The notes under the pieces: generated by a model
The model's database searches: none
What the model was told of the DNA's origin: nothing
What the model saw: the letters and a program-made list of their open reading frames with translations, nothing else
In this document: positions 20,293-30,611 of the stretch, in pieces
How positions within the stretch are numbered: position 1 is the stretch's first letter
Layout of the letters: each line of letters begins with the position of its first letter
Virus record (IMG/VR): IMGVR_UViG_2891407665_000020
DNA: 64,000 nt
Strand: one strand, 5' to 3'
Origin: an uncultured virus (IMG/VR IMGVR_UViG_2891407665_000020)
Taxonomy: Duplodnaviria; Heunggongvirae; Uroviricota; Caudoviricetes
Made by a program: the position numbers and the translations under genes

Positions 20293-20321
20293 CAACGGAT
20301 AACTCCGAATTATCCTTTACT
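20293..20321 (-). repeat. Right arm of 29-bp inverted repeat (IR2-R)
   Basis: CAACGGATAACTCCGAATTATCCTTTACT. Confidence 0.92.
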
Positions 20322-20330
20322 AATTCCCTC

Positions 20331-20358
20331 TTGCGCTATCTTACCAGTCTGTTATAAT
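20331..20358 (+). promoter_or_regulatory. sigmaA-type promoter for the 20449 gene
   Basis: TTGCGC-16bp-TATAAT with extended -10 TG. Confidence 0.5.
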
Positions 20359-20448
20359 AGTATTGAAAAATTACTTAAAACGTTTTTACGTGCCACAGGG
20401 GTTTATACATAAGTAATAAAACAATAATAAGACGAGGAGTGATACGTT

Positions 20449-21906
20449 ATGAAGAAAATGAAAAGATTTATGACTGTAGTCATGATAGCCATCGCGATTA
20501 TGCTGGTTCTTCCATTTAGGGCAGAGGCAGCTCCTAAATTAAGTAAGAAAAAGATTACTCTGACTGTAAAGAAGAGCGCTACTCTCAGTGTGAAAGGGAG
20601 CAACAAGAAAAAAGTACAGTGGAAGACTTCCCACAAGAAAGTGGTTCAGATTAAAAAGACGAAAAAGCAGACGAGTGTAAAACTCGTAGCAAAGAAAAAA
20701 GGAACAGCTAAGATTACCGCTACTGTAGGAAAGAAGAAACTTACCTGTAAGGTGACTGTGAAAGCGAAGAAGTCTGTGAAACCGTCGGAGACTCCGGCTA
20801 CTCCTAGCAAGCCTTCTGATAATCCTGTAAAACCAAGTCAGCCGAGTAATCCGAATACTCCTAATAAACCATCGACCGGTGGTACAGGGACTGGAATTAA
20901 GGACATTGTTATCGGCAATGGTACTCTTGATTACCCAGGGAAAGATAATAAATACTACCTTGGATACACTGCAACAACAGAGGAAGCAAAAGAGTACTAC
21001 ATGAATGGTGTTGCGTTAACTGGAGACGGAAAACCGACGGGATTGATTACTGGTATGTATGGCAAGGAATTGCACAATGGCGATACTTTTTTTATTTACA
21101 AATCTTCGCGGGATGATTACGATGACCCTGCTTATTATCGCAGAGGAGAAATAATGTTTCCTGAGGGTATATCTGTTGAACAAATTTCTTGGGAAATTAC
21201 GAATAATAAGACTGCTGATGGTGATGGTCATGAATCTGTGCTCTGTATACTAGTCTATGAAGATTATGATGGTTATCCAGCAGTACAATGCTTTGGTTTA
21301 CGTGAAGGGACAGCTGATCTTACTGTGAGTGCAAAGAATGATGCTGGCAATGTTCTCTACTCTGTAACAGTGCATGTAGATAATCGGTATGTCGATCTAG
21401 AGTACCAAAAGTACTATGGCTGGCTTGAAGAGATGGTGAATACCCCTGTTGGCACGACTAAGTATGTTACTATTAATGATGAGAATATTCGTGTAGACGG
21501 CGCTCAGGGAGCTGATGATGTCGAGACACTGATGAATGTTGGCGCATGGATTGCTGACCATAAGATTCATACGGGCACCGGTCCTATGGGGGATGACCCT
21601 GCACATTTCTATAGAGACAGCTGTAAAGGTGGCGACTGTGGTGACCTCAACCAGGTTATTGCGGATGCAGCGACTGTGCTGGGACACACGGGATGGGAGA
21701 CGCTGGTGCTGGGTATGGGCGGAAAGATCGGGCATATAGTTACGAAGGCTGTTGTTGGTGATGTTGTTTGTAGATTTGACGCGGGTGTATCCGGTACCAA
21801 ATTACCGAGGAGCTTTGTAGGATTTGTAATTGATAAGAGCGGTAATCAAATTGCCACTTATTTCAATACTGGGTACGGTGGATGCACCAAGAGGATAGAT
21901 TCATAA
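20449..21906 (+). CDS. Secreted protein: Ig-like (Big_2) domain, Pro-rich linker, transglutaminase-like C-terminus
   Basis: Signal peptide ending AEA; Lys-rich Ig domain (KKKGTAKITATVG); PSKP linker; GDC...GHI...FDAG Cys-His-Asp candidates. Confidence 0.65.
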   Translation: MKKMKRFMTVVMIAIAIMLVLPFRAEAAPKLSKKKITLTVKKSATLSVKGSNKKKVQWKTSHKKVVQIKKTKKQTSVKLVAKKKGTAKITATVGKKKLTCKVTVKAKKSVKPSETPATPSKPSDNPVKPSQPSNPNTPNKPSTGGTGTGIKDIVIGNGTLDYPGKDNKYYLGYTATTEEAKEYYMNGVALTGDGKPTGLITGMYGKELHNGDTFFIYKSSRDDYDDPAYYRRGEIMFPEGISVEQISWEITNNKTADGDGHESVLCILVYEDYDGYPAVQCFGLREGTADLTVSAKNDAGNVLYSVTVHVDNRYVDLEYQKYYGWLEEMVNTPVGTTKYVTINDENIRVDGAQGADDVETLMNVGAWIADHKIHTGTGPMGDDPAHFYRDSCKGGDCGDLNQVIADAATVLGHTGWETLVLGMGGKIGHIVTKAVVGDVVCRFDAGVSGTKLPRSFVGFVIDKSGNQIATYFNTGYGGCTKRIDS

Positions 21907-21912
21907 CCTTAC

Positions 21913-21949
21913 TACCTGTACGTTTCGAAGAGGGGCGTACAGGTATTTT
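21913..21949 (+). terminator. Intrinsic terminator
   Basis: TACCTGTACG...CGTACAGGTA then TTTT. Confidence 0.65.
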
Positions 21950-22243
21950 GCTGTAATAGCTGTTCTGCAGGTGCAGATGGTGGGTTATCGCAGCATGAAA
22001 CTTAGAATAAGTAAACCAAAGGAGTTTGTGTAAAATTTTATACATAATTGATAAGAATGAGTAGTAGCGAGCTTGGGTGTGTCCCAGGCTCGTTTTCTTA
22101 CGCAAACATACTTTTGGTATGGCAAGTTTCAGTGGAGAAGAGAGGGGGAATGCCTATGCGAGAGGATGGGTGTAGCGGTAGACCTAATGCACCGCCTGCT
22201 GTTGATTGGTTGATGATAATGAGACACAATTAACGGGAGGAAA

Positions 22244-25200
22244 GTGTATATGTTTAAGTTATTTAAGAGTATGGCCGCTATGTCCCTTGCGGCGGTGATA
22301 GCCGTCGCTTCCTGTATTGTCCATGTGAGCGCGTCCGCACCTGCTATAGCCATTGATTCTGTTGATGGAGACACGGAGTTTGGGACGGAGACAGAAGAGC
22401 GCGCGGAGCAGGGAACGGTCATTATTACCGCTGGGGATGGCGGGAGTGTAAGTGTGAAAGGTGAAGATGGCTCTACGCTTGTGAAGGCAGGCAGTGGTTC
22501 ATCTGAGAGTGTGAAAGCAGCAGTTGGAAGCAGCATCAAGGTCATAGCTTTAGCGGATAAGGGGTACACAGTTGGGAGTTTCAGGAGAAGTGTATCCGGT
22601 CAAGGGGCTATGGATAGCCAGAATGGTGCGGGGCTTTCCAGGATGCGGAAAGAGTTTAGTGTTGTGAAGGGTACGCAGTTTATTGAAGTTTCTTTCAAGG
22701 AGAAGGCTGAGTCTGAGACTGAGGAGAGTCTCAGTAGCGAGGCCGAGACTGCTACTGAGACTATTGACCGGGAGATTACTCCCGCGGAGGAGGAGACTAT
22801 TCCCGAGGAGACTGTCAGAGAGACTATCCAAGAGACTATCAAGGAGTCTCTCGAGGAAACTGCTTCCGAAGAGACCCTCAAGGAGACGGAACCGGCTGCT
22901 ATCCCGGAGACGAATATTAGTGATATTTCACCGGAGGATGCCCGGGAAGCCGTTACAGATGTAGTGGCTGAGACTTACTTAAAGGAGAATGTAAGCGGGA
23001 AGTTTGTACCGAGTATTGACAAGATGGAACTCGCTTCCGGGATGGTAGTGAAGCAGACACTTGCTGACAGGGCGGTTACTGGAGATAATGCTACTATTGA
23101 AAGTGTAATGCTGAGCACTGATAAGGTCGAGAAATTGATTACACAGTTTGACTTTGCGGTTGCCCTTTATGACCTTTCGGACAGCAGCGATTATTATGTA
23201 GGGTATGCAAATACAATGCTGTACGATGCAGGGGCTAGTGTAAGCGACTGGGCGTTTGCAGAGAATAATAACAGCGGTGTGGGTCTGGATGGGTGTGTTT
23301 ATGACAGGAGCACTGGTATTGCATACGTGCCGAAGAAGCTTACTATGAGGGAGGATGGCGCTGTCCTTGTTGGGTATGTGCAGCTGCAGCTCCTTCAGCT
23401 TATGGATTATGAGAGCGGGGAGAATGTAGAATCGATGGCTGTCTCTAACAGCACGGTGGAGGATGAAAATTCCGTTTGCAGTGAAGCAGATGGGATTTTT
23501 GACTTTACCACAACGGTACAGGTGTGCGAGGGTTTAGACACGGACACGATGGAAATAGCTGTCAATGGAGTGCCTATCAGTGAAGAAGAATACTGCTATG
23601 ACAGTGAGAGCGGGGAGCTGGATATTTTGCGTTCCTCGGCGTCAGTCGGTACTGTTTCCATCCAGGCAGAAGAGGAAACTTTCTTTACAAAGATAAAGAA
23701 GTTCTTTAGCCCCTTTAAGGTAGCGGCAGCAAAACCATCGACCGCAGCATCCAGTACAGGCTCTGCTGTTGTTGAACTGGCTGATGGGGTGGGGGTTGGT
23801 TCCGTTATGCAAGGGACTTCTGATATTTTCTATTCTCCTACTGGCGGTGGTGCAGGTCTGGGAGACTCGTACCTGTTGGAGAGCGCGCCGACAGAAGCAG
23901 GTCTATTAGCGCTGGCAAACCGCATTATTAGCGGTACAGATGGACTGACTAGGGATACTGAACTATACAAAGCGAACGATGGGCTTGAGTTCTTCTGGGT
24001 TTTCCTTAGCTCGATTGAATTGAGCGGGGCTAATGAGGATAAACTGTCTTTTAGTAAATTGCCGGAAGATACGAGGGTAGCCTTGAAGTGTGCGCATGTA
24101 GGAACTACTCTTGTTGCAGGTTCCGGGACGATGATTCATGATTACAGCCGTATGCCTGAGGGAAGTAACCTCCCAGCCGGCGGCGACTATCGCAGGGATG
24201 CAGGAATTGCTGTCCGGGTTTTGTATGTCAATCGTGAGGGTTCTGAGCCTTATGCATTGCTCGGTGTTGTAACGACTAAGATGAACGACCAGACTGGCGT
24301 AGGCCTGGTGAAAGTCCGTATAGCTGAAGGAATGGGCAAGCTGAAGATTAAAAAAGTATCTGATAACTCAGCGAAGGTTGAGAAGTACGGCGCTAATGCA
24401 TACGACCGTTCTGCAGTATACGGTGTTTATGAGACGAAGGAGGCGGCAGAGGCCAGGGATAAGGAAAAGCGTGTTACTATCCTGCGCACAAAGCCCGACG
24501 GTTTTAGTAATAAGGTAGCCCTGGAGCCTGGCAATTACTGGCTGCGTGAGATAAGGACTTCCGGCCAGGGATTTTTTGTGAGTGACGAAATAAAAAAGGT
24601 AGTAATCAGAGAGGGGCAGACAACTACACTGTTTGATTCGGCCGGTCAGTGCAAGGAGCCTACTTGTGTCCCGATTCGGGTTCATAAGTCCATTTCGAAT
24701 CCTGAGCTTATTCCCGGTGGTGTTGATTACAGTCGGGCAGTGTACGGCTTGTATTGGGACGCCGCGTGTACGGATGCTGTAGGTATGGGGGCTGACGGTA
24801 AGAATCCTGTTACGTTTACTCTGAAAGAGGATGGGTACAGCAACTGGGTATGGCTGAGCGAGTCCAAGGATGTACAGAAGCGCAGGCCCGGCGGATACGG
24901 AACTTATTATGTGAAGGAGATTTCCGCCCCGCCTGGGCTTGCTCTGGACGCCACAGTGCATGAGTTTAATATGGGCAAGGACACTCTGGATCTGACTATT
25001 GAGAGCCAAGAACCTATTCAGAGTCTGCCTGGGCTGAACGTCACAATTAAGAAAAAGGTGACGGAGGCTCGCTCAAAGACTGGTAAGAACACCAAGGGGT
25101 GTATTTTCAAAGTCGAGTATTTCGCAAATTATGCGTGTGCAGGGACTCCTGCAAGGGTGTGGTATTTTGCGAGTAAGGCTCCCAGCGTGCCTGATCGTAA

Positions 25201-28200
25201 TGACCCTTCTCTTTCTTTTGTCAGGTTTGACACACCATGGTTCGATCACGGTGATGCATTGTTTGTATACAATGGGAGGACTGTTATCCCGCTTGGGAGT
25301 ATCCGGATTAGTGAGGAGACTGCCGCGCCGGGATTTAAGAAGACCGACCAGGTACTGACAGGAACCATTACAGTTCCGGAGGGCAATACGAGCCAGAGCG
25401 CTGTGATTACCCTGAATGGGACGACTGGTTTTGAGTGCGAACTGGATGTTCCGAATGATGTGAAATTCGCAGGGCTTGCCGTGCATAAAGTGGATAAGTG
25501 TGTATACGCATTCGGCGGGAATAGTATCCCAGAGGGCGGCGCAGAGCCTCAGGGAGACGCATCACTAGAGGGCGCAGTGTTTGCGGTTTATAACGCGAAT
25601 GATTATGATGTGGTGAGGTTGGATGAGATGGATTCTTTTCCTCCTGGTGCAGAGGTAGCGAGGATTACCACTGATGAGTTTGGAGTAGCGAGAAGCCCGG
25701 TAGAGTACGAAGGCCCTGAGACAAAGCAGGTTCTCCAGTCGGACAGCAGTTACCGCGTTGTTGAGATTGACCCATCTACCGGCATGAAGGTGAATGATGG
25801 CTTTGACGAAACGGTTAAGCTGCCGGATATTGAGGACTATGTATACGGCGAGGCAGGGGAGGAGCAGGGTACGCTTTTGTGTGAAGAGGATGTGAAACGC
25901 GGGGATGTGCAGATTCAGAAGTTTGACAAGGAGCTGCATAAGAGTGAAGCCATTGCCGGAAAAGACCACGGCATAGTCCCAGACGTTCCGAACCTGGAGG
26001 GGATTTCTTTTGAGATACGGAATGTGTCTAAAAAGCCAATCTTCTTATACGGCGACCCTGAGCAGCGTGTATCTAACGAGCCGGGCGATAATCTGTGTAT
26101 GACAATCACTACCCACTGGAATCCGGAAGAGAACGCATACACCGCAGAGACAACCGGGAAAGCGCTCCCGTACGGGACGTACAGCATCCAGGAAGTCACC
26201 ACGAACGAGACATACCTGTTGACTGACGGCTTGGCAAAAACCTTTGCGATACGGGAGGACGGCAGCATTGTGAAAGCAGACGGCGATGGCGAGAATCTGG
26301 TATTCGGGAACTATGTAATCCGTGAGGACCTTCTGTTTAATAAGATTGCAAATTTAAGCAGCCGCAGGCTCCAGACTGCATGGGCGCTTGAGAATACGGT
26401 GACTGGTGAGAAGCACGCTATAGTTACGGATAAGAACGGTGTATTCGATTCTTCCTCATCAAGAAACAAGCACTCCTTTAGGACGAATGCAAATGACGCA
26501 TTGCTGGAGTACGAGGACACCGACCATGTAATCACCGCAGATGAGATGGATGCAACTGCCGGCGTATGGTTTGGGCTTGCGGAGGACGAGAGTATCGCCC
26601 CGGCTGACGACAGGCTGAGGGCGCTCCCATACGGCTTCTATGAGTTAAGGGAACTGCGGTGTGAGGACAACGACGGCTTCGACCTGCAGACGATTTCCTT
26701 CTGGGTAGGCGGACGCAGGGCGAATGATTACAGTGACGCGCACGCAGTCATTGATTTAGGTACTATCACAGACCATAATAACCCGGCTATCACTACGACG
26801 GCGTCCGGTAAAGACACAGGCAAAGGCATTGCCAAGGCAGGGAAGGACACCGTGGTTATTGACACCGTCCACTGCACCGGGCTTGATAAAGGGAGCGTAT
26901 ACCGCCTCAGGGCAAGCATCCGGGATTATGAGGACGAGGGTTCTGCCTTTAAGGTGGATGGGCGCTTTGTGAGGGCTGAGAAAGAGTTCACTGCCACAGC
27001 TGCCAGTATGGATGTGGAGGTAGAGCTTGCCTTCGACGCCACGGAATACGCAGGCTCCGTAGGCGTAGTCTACGAGGAGCTTTATAAGGGCGATGTAAAG
27101 GTGTGTGAGCACACGGATATTGATGATGAGGAGCAGAGGGTTATTTTCCCAGGGCTGCAGACAACAGCCGTGTGCGCGGAGACAGGGAATGGCATTGGCG
27201 TTATCCGTGATGGGAAGATTGTGATTAAGGATACTGTAGCATATGAGGGACTGATTCCGGGCAAGGAAGCGGTAATAAGGGGTTCTATCTATGATAAGAG
27301 TACAGGGAGTTTAGTAGGGGAGAGTGTCGAGCAGGTATTCACCCCGGATAAGGCAAGCGGTACTCTGGAGCTGGTATTTGAGATCCAGGCAGAGAGCATT
27401 GCGGGCGCTGAGCTTGTAGCCTTTGAGAAGCTGTACTATGGCGAGGTAGAGATTGCCGACCATTCCGACCCCGAAGATGAGGGACAGACAGTTTCATTCC
27501 CATCCATTAGGACTACGGCGAAGGATGGGACGACAGGGACGAACGAAGGGTTTGCGGGCAAGGAAGCAGTAATTGTGGATACAGTGGAGTACGTAGACCT
27601 GAAGCCTGGGATTGAGGTTACCGTCCGTGGAACACTTATAGACAAGGAGACTGGCAGCCCAGTAGAGGTTGACGGCAAGCCTGTTACCGCTGAGAAAACA
27701 TTCGTAGCTGATGAAAAGAACGGCGCCGTGGATGTAGAGTTTGCATTTGATGCAAGCGGCCTCGCAGGCAGGAGTTTAGTAGTCTTCGAGACACTGTACT
27801 ACGGCGACACAGAGATTGCCTCCCATGCAGATGTAAGCGACGAGGGACAGACTATCCATTACCCAGATGTAAAGACAAACGCAGTTGATAAGGACACAGG
27901 GCTTCATGATGCTTTAGCAAAAGAGAAGGTGACTATCACCGACCGGGTAGCCCTTAAGAACCTTACCGTCGGGAAGACGTACGTGGTGAGCGGGACGCTG
28001 ATGGATAAGGAAACAGGGGAGCCGCTGATTGCAGATGGCGAGAAAGTAACCGCAGAGAAAGAGTTTGTTGCGGAAGCGAAGGATGTGTCCGTCGAGCTGG
28101 AATTTGTCTTTAACGCATCGGCGCTGGCAGGCAAGACAGTTGTTGCTTTCGAAGACCTACACCAGGACGGCAAGTTGGTCGGAACCCACACTGATTTAGA

Positions 28201-29467
28201 ATCGAAAGAACAGACTGTTTATTTCCCCAAGGTTGGGACAACGGCAATTGATAAAGAGAGCGGGCTTAATGAGGGCGCCGCCGGGAAGAAGACTGTAATT
28301 GTCGACACAGTTGCTTATAGCAATCTGGAGCCGGGGGCATCCTACAGCTTGAAGGGCGTCCTGATGGATAAAGCCAGCGGGAGAGAGTTTTTCAATAATG
28401 GTAAGGCAGTAACTTCGGAACTGAATTTCACTGTCCCTGCTTCCAAAGAGGACAGGACTTCCGGGACTATTGACCTGGAGTTCGTATTTGATTCCTCAGA
28501 ACTGAAGGGCAAGGAAGTGGTAGTATTTGAGCGCCTGTACCGAGAGGGTAAAGAGGTTGCTGTGCACACGGATATTGAGGATGAGGGGCAGACAGTTCAT
28601 TATCCAGGCCTGAAGACAACAGCCACGGATAAGATTACCGGGACGCATGAGCAGCTTGCGGATAAGAAAGCCACGATTGTTGATGTAGTGAAGTACAGCG
28701 GCTTAACGCCCGGCAAGGAGTATGTGATGAAAGGTGTCCTTATGGATAAGTCCACGAAGAAGCCACTGGGTGTGGACGGTGCAGCAGCCGAGAAGAAATT
28801 TACGCCAAAGAAAGCGGATGGGGAGATTACGCTTGAGTTCACTTTTGATTCGTCTGTATTGGAAGGAAAGACATTGGTTGTGTTTGAAGATTTGTACCGT
28901 GACGGGAAGCTAGTCGGAGTGCATGAGAACTTAGAGGACAAAGACCAGAGTGTGAATGTCTTAAAGATTAAGACCGAAGCGAAAGACGGCAGCACAAAGA
29001 GTGGTACGCTGACGATTGGTGAGAAAGTAACGGTGGTGGACACTGTATCCTACAATGGATTGTCCAAAGGGAAGAAGTACCGCCTGAAAGGCACTTTGTA
29101 TGATAAGGAGACAGGTAAGCCGCTGGAGATTGGCGGGAAAGGCGTAACGGCTGAAAGCTCATTCAGGGCGAAGTCCGCAAAGGGCACAGCCGAGGTAACC
29201 TTTAGCCTGGATACCAGGGAGCTGGCAGGAAAGACGCTTGTAGTGTTTGAGGAGCTGTATGACAGCAAGGACAAGCTTATTGCAGCGCATAAGGATTTAA
29301 GGGATAAGGCACAGACAGTGACTGTCCCGACAAGTGTAGTACAGACGATATCGCCAAAGACTGGTGATGAAACGGGTATAGTAGAGCATTTGGCGTCTAT
29401 ACTTTTTGCATTAGTGCTTCTTATTGTGTGCTGGCGTGCTACCAGGAGTTTGGGTAAATGGCTGTGA
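22244..29467 (+). CDS. Sortase-anchored adhesin with SpaA/Cna-B-like domains and seven VaFE / T-Q ester-bond repeats
   Basis: Signal peptide; seven repeats ending V(V/A)(F/Y)ExLx...HxDxxDxxQ(T/R/S), two slightly degenerate; C-terminal SPKTG, TM helix and basic tail. Confidence 0.88.
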   Translation: MYMFKLFKSMAAMSLAAVIAVASCIVHVSASAPAIAIDSVDGDTEFGTETEERAEQGTVIITAGDGGSVSVKGEDGSTLVKAGSGSSESVKAAVGSSIKVIALADKGYTVGSFRRSVSGQGAMDSQNGAGLSRMRKEFSVVKGTQFIEVSFKEKAESETEESLSSEAETATETIDREITPAEEETIPEETVRETIQETIKESLEETASEETLKETEPAAIPETNISDISPEDAREAVTDVVAETYLKENVSGKFVPSIDKMELASGMVVKQTLADRAVTGDNATIESVMLSTDKVEKLITQFDFAVALYDLSDSSDYYVGYANTMLYDAGASVSDWAFAENNNSGVGLDGCVYDRSTGIAYVPKKLTMREDGAVLVGYVQLQLLQLMDYESGENVESMAVSNSTVEDENSVCSEADGIFDFTTTVQVCEGLDTDTMEIAVNGVPISEEEYCYDSESGELDILRSSASVGTVSIQAEEETFFTKIKKFFSPFKVAAAKPSTAASSTGSAVVELADGVGVGSVMQGTSDIFYSPTGGGAGLGDSYLLESAPTEAGLLALANRIISGTDGLTRDTELYKANDGLEFFWVFLSSIELSGANEDKLSFSKLPEDTRVALKCAHVGTTLVAGSGTMIHDYSRMPEGSNLPAGGDYRRDAGIAVRVLYVNREGSEPYALLGVVTTKMNDQTGVGLVKVRIAEGMGKLKIKKVSDNSAKVEKYGANAYDRSAVYGVYETKEAAEARDKEKRVTILRTKPDGFSNKVALEPGNYWLREIRTSGQGFFVSDEIKKVVIREGQTTTLFDSAGQCKEPTCVPIRVHKSISNPELIPGGVDYSRAVYGLYWDAACTDAVGMGADGKNPVTFTLKEDGYSNWVWLSESKDVQKRRPGGYGTYYVKEISAPPGLALDATVHEFNMGKDTLDLTIESQEPIQSLPGLNVTIKKKVTEARSKTGKNTKGCIFKVEYFANYACAGTPARVWYFASKAPSVPDRNDPSLSFVRFDTPWFDHGDALFVYNGRTVIPLGSIRISEETAAPGFKKTDQVLTGTITVPEGNTSQSAVITLNGTTGFECELDVPNDVKFAGLAVHKVDKCVYAFGGNSIPEGGAEPQGDASLEGAVFAVYNANDYDVVRLDEMDSFPPGAEVARITTDEFGVARSPVEYEGPETKQVLQSDSSYRVVEIDPSTGMKVNDGFDETVKLPDIEDYVYGEAGEEQGTLLCEEDVKRGDVQIQKFDKELHKSEAIAGKDHGIVPDVPNLEGISFEIRNVSKKPIFLYGDPEQRVSNEPGDNLCMTITTHWNPEENAYTAETTGKALPYGTYSIQEVTTNETYLLTDGLAKTFAIREDGSIVKADGDGENLVFGNYVIREDLLFNKIANLSSRRLQTAWALENTVTGEKHAIVTDKNGVFDSSSSRNKHSFRTNANDALLEYEDTDHVITADEMDATAGVWFGLAEDESIAPADDRLRALPYGFYELRELRCEDNDGFDLQTISFWVGGRRANDYSDAHAVIDLGTITDHNNPAITTTASGKDTGKGIAKAGKDTVVIDTVHCTGLDKGSVYRLRASIRDYEDEGSAFKVDGRFVRAEKEFTATAASMDVEVELAFDATEYAGSVGVVYEELYKGDVKVCEHTDIDDEEQRVIFPGLQTTAVCAETGNGIGVIRDGKIVIKDTVAYEGLIPGKEAVIRGSIYDKSTGSLVGESVEQVFTPDKASGTLELVFEIQAESIAGAELVAFEKLYYGEVEIADHSDPEDEGQTVSFPSIRTTAKDGTTGTNEGFAGKEAVIVDTVEYVDLKPGIEVTVRGTLIDKETGSPVEVDGKPVTAEKTFVADEKNGAVDVEFAFDASGLAGRSLVVFETLYYGDTEIASHADVSDEGQTIHYPDVKTNAVDKDTGLHDALAKEKVTITDRVALKNLTVGKTYVVSGTLMDKETGEPLIADGEKVTAEKEFVAEAKDVSVELEFVFNASALAGKTVVAFEDLHQDGKLVGTHTDLESKEQTVYFPKVGTTAIDKESGLNEGAAGKKTVIVDTVAYSNLEPGASYSLKGVLMDKASGREFFNNGKAVTSELNFTVPASKEDRTSGTIDLEFVFDSSELKGKEVVVFERLYREGKEVAVHTDIEDEGQTVHYPGLKTTATDKITGTHEQLADKKATIVDVVKYSGLTPGKEYVMKGVLMDKSTKKPLGVDGAAAEKKFTPKKADGEITLEFTFDSSVLEGKTLVVFEDLYRDGKLVGVHENLEDKDQSVNVLKIKTEAKDGSTKSGTLTIGEKVTVVDTVSYNGLSKGKKYRLKGTLYDKETGKPLEIGGKGVTAESSFRAKSAKGTAEVTFSLDTRELAGKTLVVFEELYDSKDKLIAAHKDLRDKAQTVTVPTSVVQTISPKTGDETGIVEHLASILFALVLLIVCWRATRSLGKWL

Positions 29468-29483
29468 TGAAGAGTGAGTAATC

Positions 29484-29518
29484 AAGAGTGTGCAGGTGAG
29501 AATCCTGCACACTCTTTT
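29484..29518 (+). terminator. Intrinsic terminator
   Basis: AAGAGTGTGCAGG-N7-CCTGCACACTCTT then TT. Confidence 0.75.
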
Positions 29519-29557
29519 AGATGGATAATAATAGTTCTAGTGGGAGGTGTTTTCTTT

Positions 29558-30358
29558 ATGGGAGATGTTATAGCCATCGCTTCCGGAAAAGGCGGCGTTG
29601 GGAAGACTCTGTTTACCGCGAATGCCGGGGCAGCATTGGCGTCTTTAAAAAAGAGTGTGGCGCTGGTGGATGCGGATATAGGTTTACGTAACCTTGACCT
29701 GGTAATGGGAATGGAGTCCAGGGTTAAGTACACATCAGCGGATGTGGCTGAGGGGAAAGTTAAACTGAAACATGCTTTAATCCGGGACAGCCGCTATTCT
29801 AATTTGTATGTGTTGCCAGCCCCACAGCAGAAAAACTGCACAAACCTGCGTGATGGGGGATTCCAGAGGATAACTGCAAAGCTGGCAAAAGTATTTGACT
29901 ATGTGCTTATAGACTGCCCCGCAGGGATTGAAAATGGTTTTTCAGATGCGGCAGCCTGCGCTGAGAAGATAATTATTGTTACACTTCCTGAGATTACTGC
30001 TGTGCGGGACGCCGACCGCGTGGCGAAACTTTTGCGGAAGTCCGGCAAGCGTGACCTGTCATTGGTGGTAAACCGTATTAATTATCAGTATGTTAAGGAA
30101 GGCATCATGTTTAGCGGAAACGATGTGTCAAAGTCACTGGGCCTCCCCTTGCTGGGAGTGATACCGGACGACTACAGCGCAGCGCTGGCTTTAGGGAAAG
30201 GCGAGCTGCTTGATAAGGGGTGGCTGGGCGGTACGATACTGGACACGGCACGGAGAATTACAGGCAATGATGTCCCGCTAAGGACAGACAATAATGCTGC
30301 TGTCAACGCAAAGGGGAAATTCTCTTTGTTCAATGGAAAAAAGTGGTTTCCCCGGTGA
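29558..30358 (+). CDS. minD: Septum site-determining ATPase MinD
   Basis: SGKGGVGKT deviant Walker A, DADIGLRNLDLVMG, LIDCPAGIE, PEITAVRDADR; GGGAGG RBS before ATG 29558. Confidence 0.85.
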   Translation: MGDVIAIASGKGGVGKTLFTANAGAALASLKKSVALVDADIGLRNLDLVMGMESRVKYTSADVAEGKVKLKHALIRDSRYSNLYVLPAPQQKNCTNLRDGGFQRITAKLAKVFDYVLIDCPAGIENGFSDAAACAEKIIIVTLPEITAVRDADRVAKLLRKSGKRDLSLVVNRINYQYVKEGIMFSGNDVSKSLGLPLLGVIPDDYSAALALGKGELLDKGWLGGTILDTARRITGNDVPLRTDNNAAVNAKGKFSLFNGKKWFPR

Positions 30359-30611
30359 CCTGCGAACCATTGTGCTCCGGGGATGTTTTTATAAATAAGT
30401 ACCTGGTTGGGTGTTAACAGCTCCCCACTGGGTTTAGGTAATCTGCCAGTTTAGCGCAGATGTACCTTGTGAGGACACAGCTAACGTGCAATGAGTTAGC
30501 ATTCTTTCATCGTTTAAATACGAAGACTGTACAGCAGCACGCGGAGGGGACAGTGGAAAGCTGTCTCCTTATCTTGCTAGTGTTCTTTATTTTTAGGAAA
30601 AGGAGATAATT

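Larger units (their letters stand above)
15538..20321. mobile_element. Putative invertible cassette 2 (nuclease-NTPase / glycosyltransferase)
   Basis: Convergent gene pair bounded by a 29-bp perfect IR with GGATAA-TTCGGAG-TTATCC core. Confidence 0.7.

Noticed and set aside
11475..20321. Inverted repeats as IS or transposon ends
   Set aside because: No transposase inside, no target-site duplication seen, and the repeats have an arm-spacer-arm core typical of tyrosine recombinase sites.
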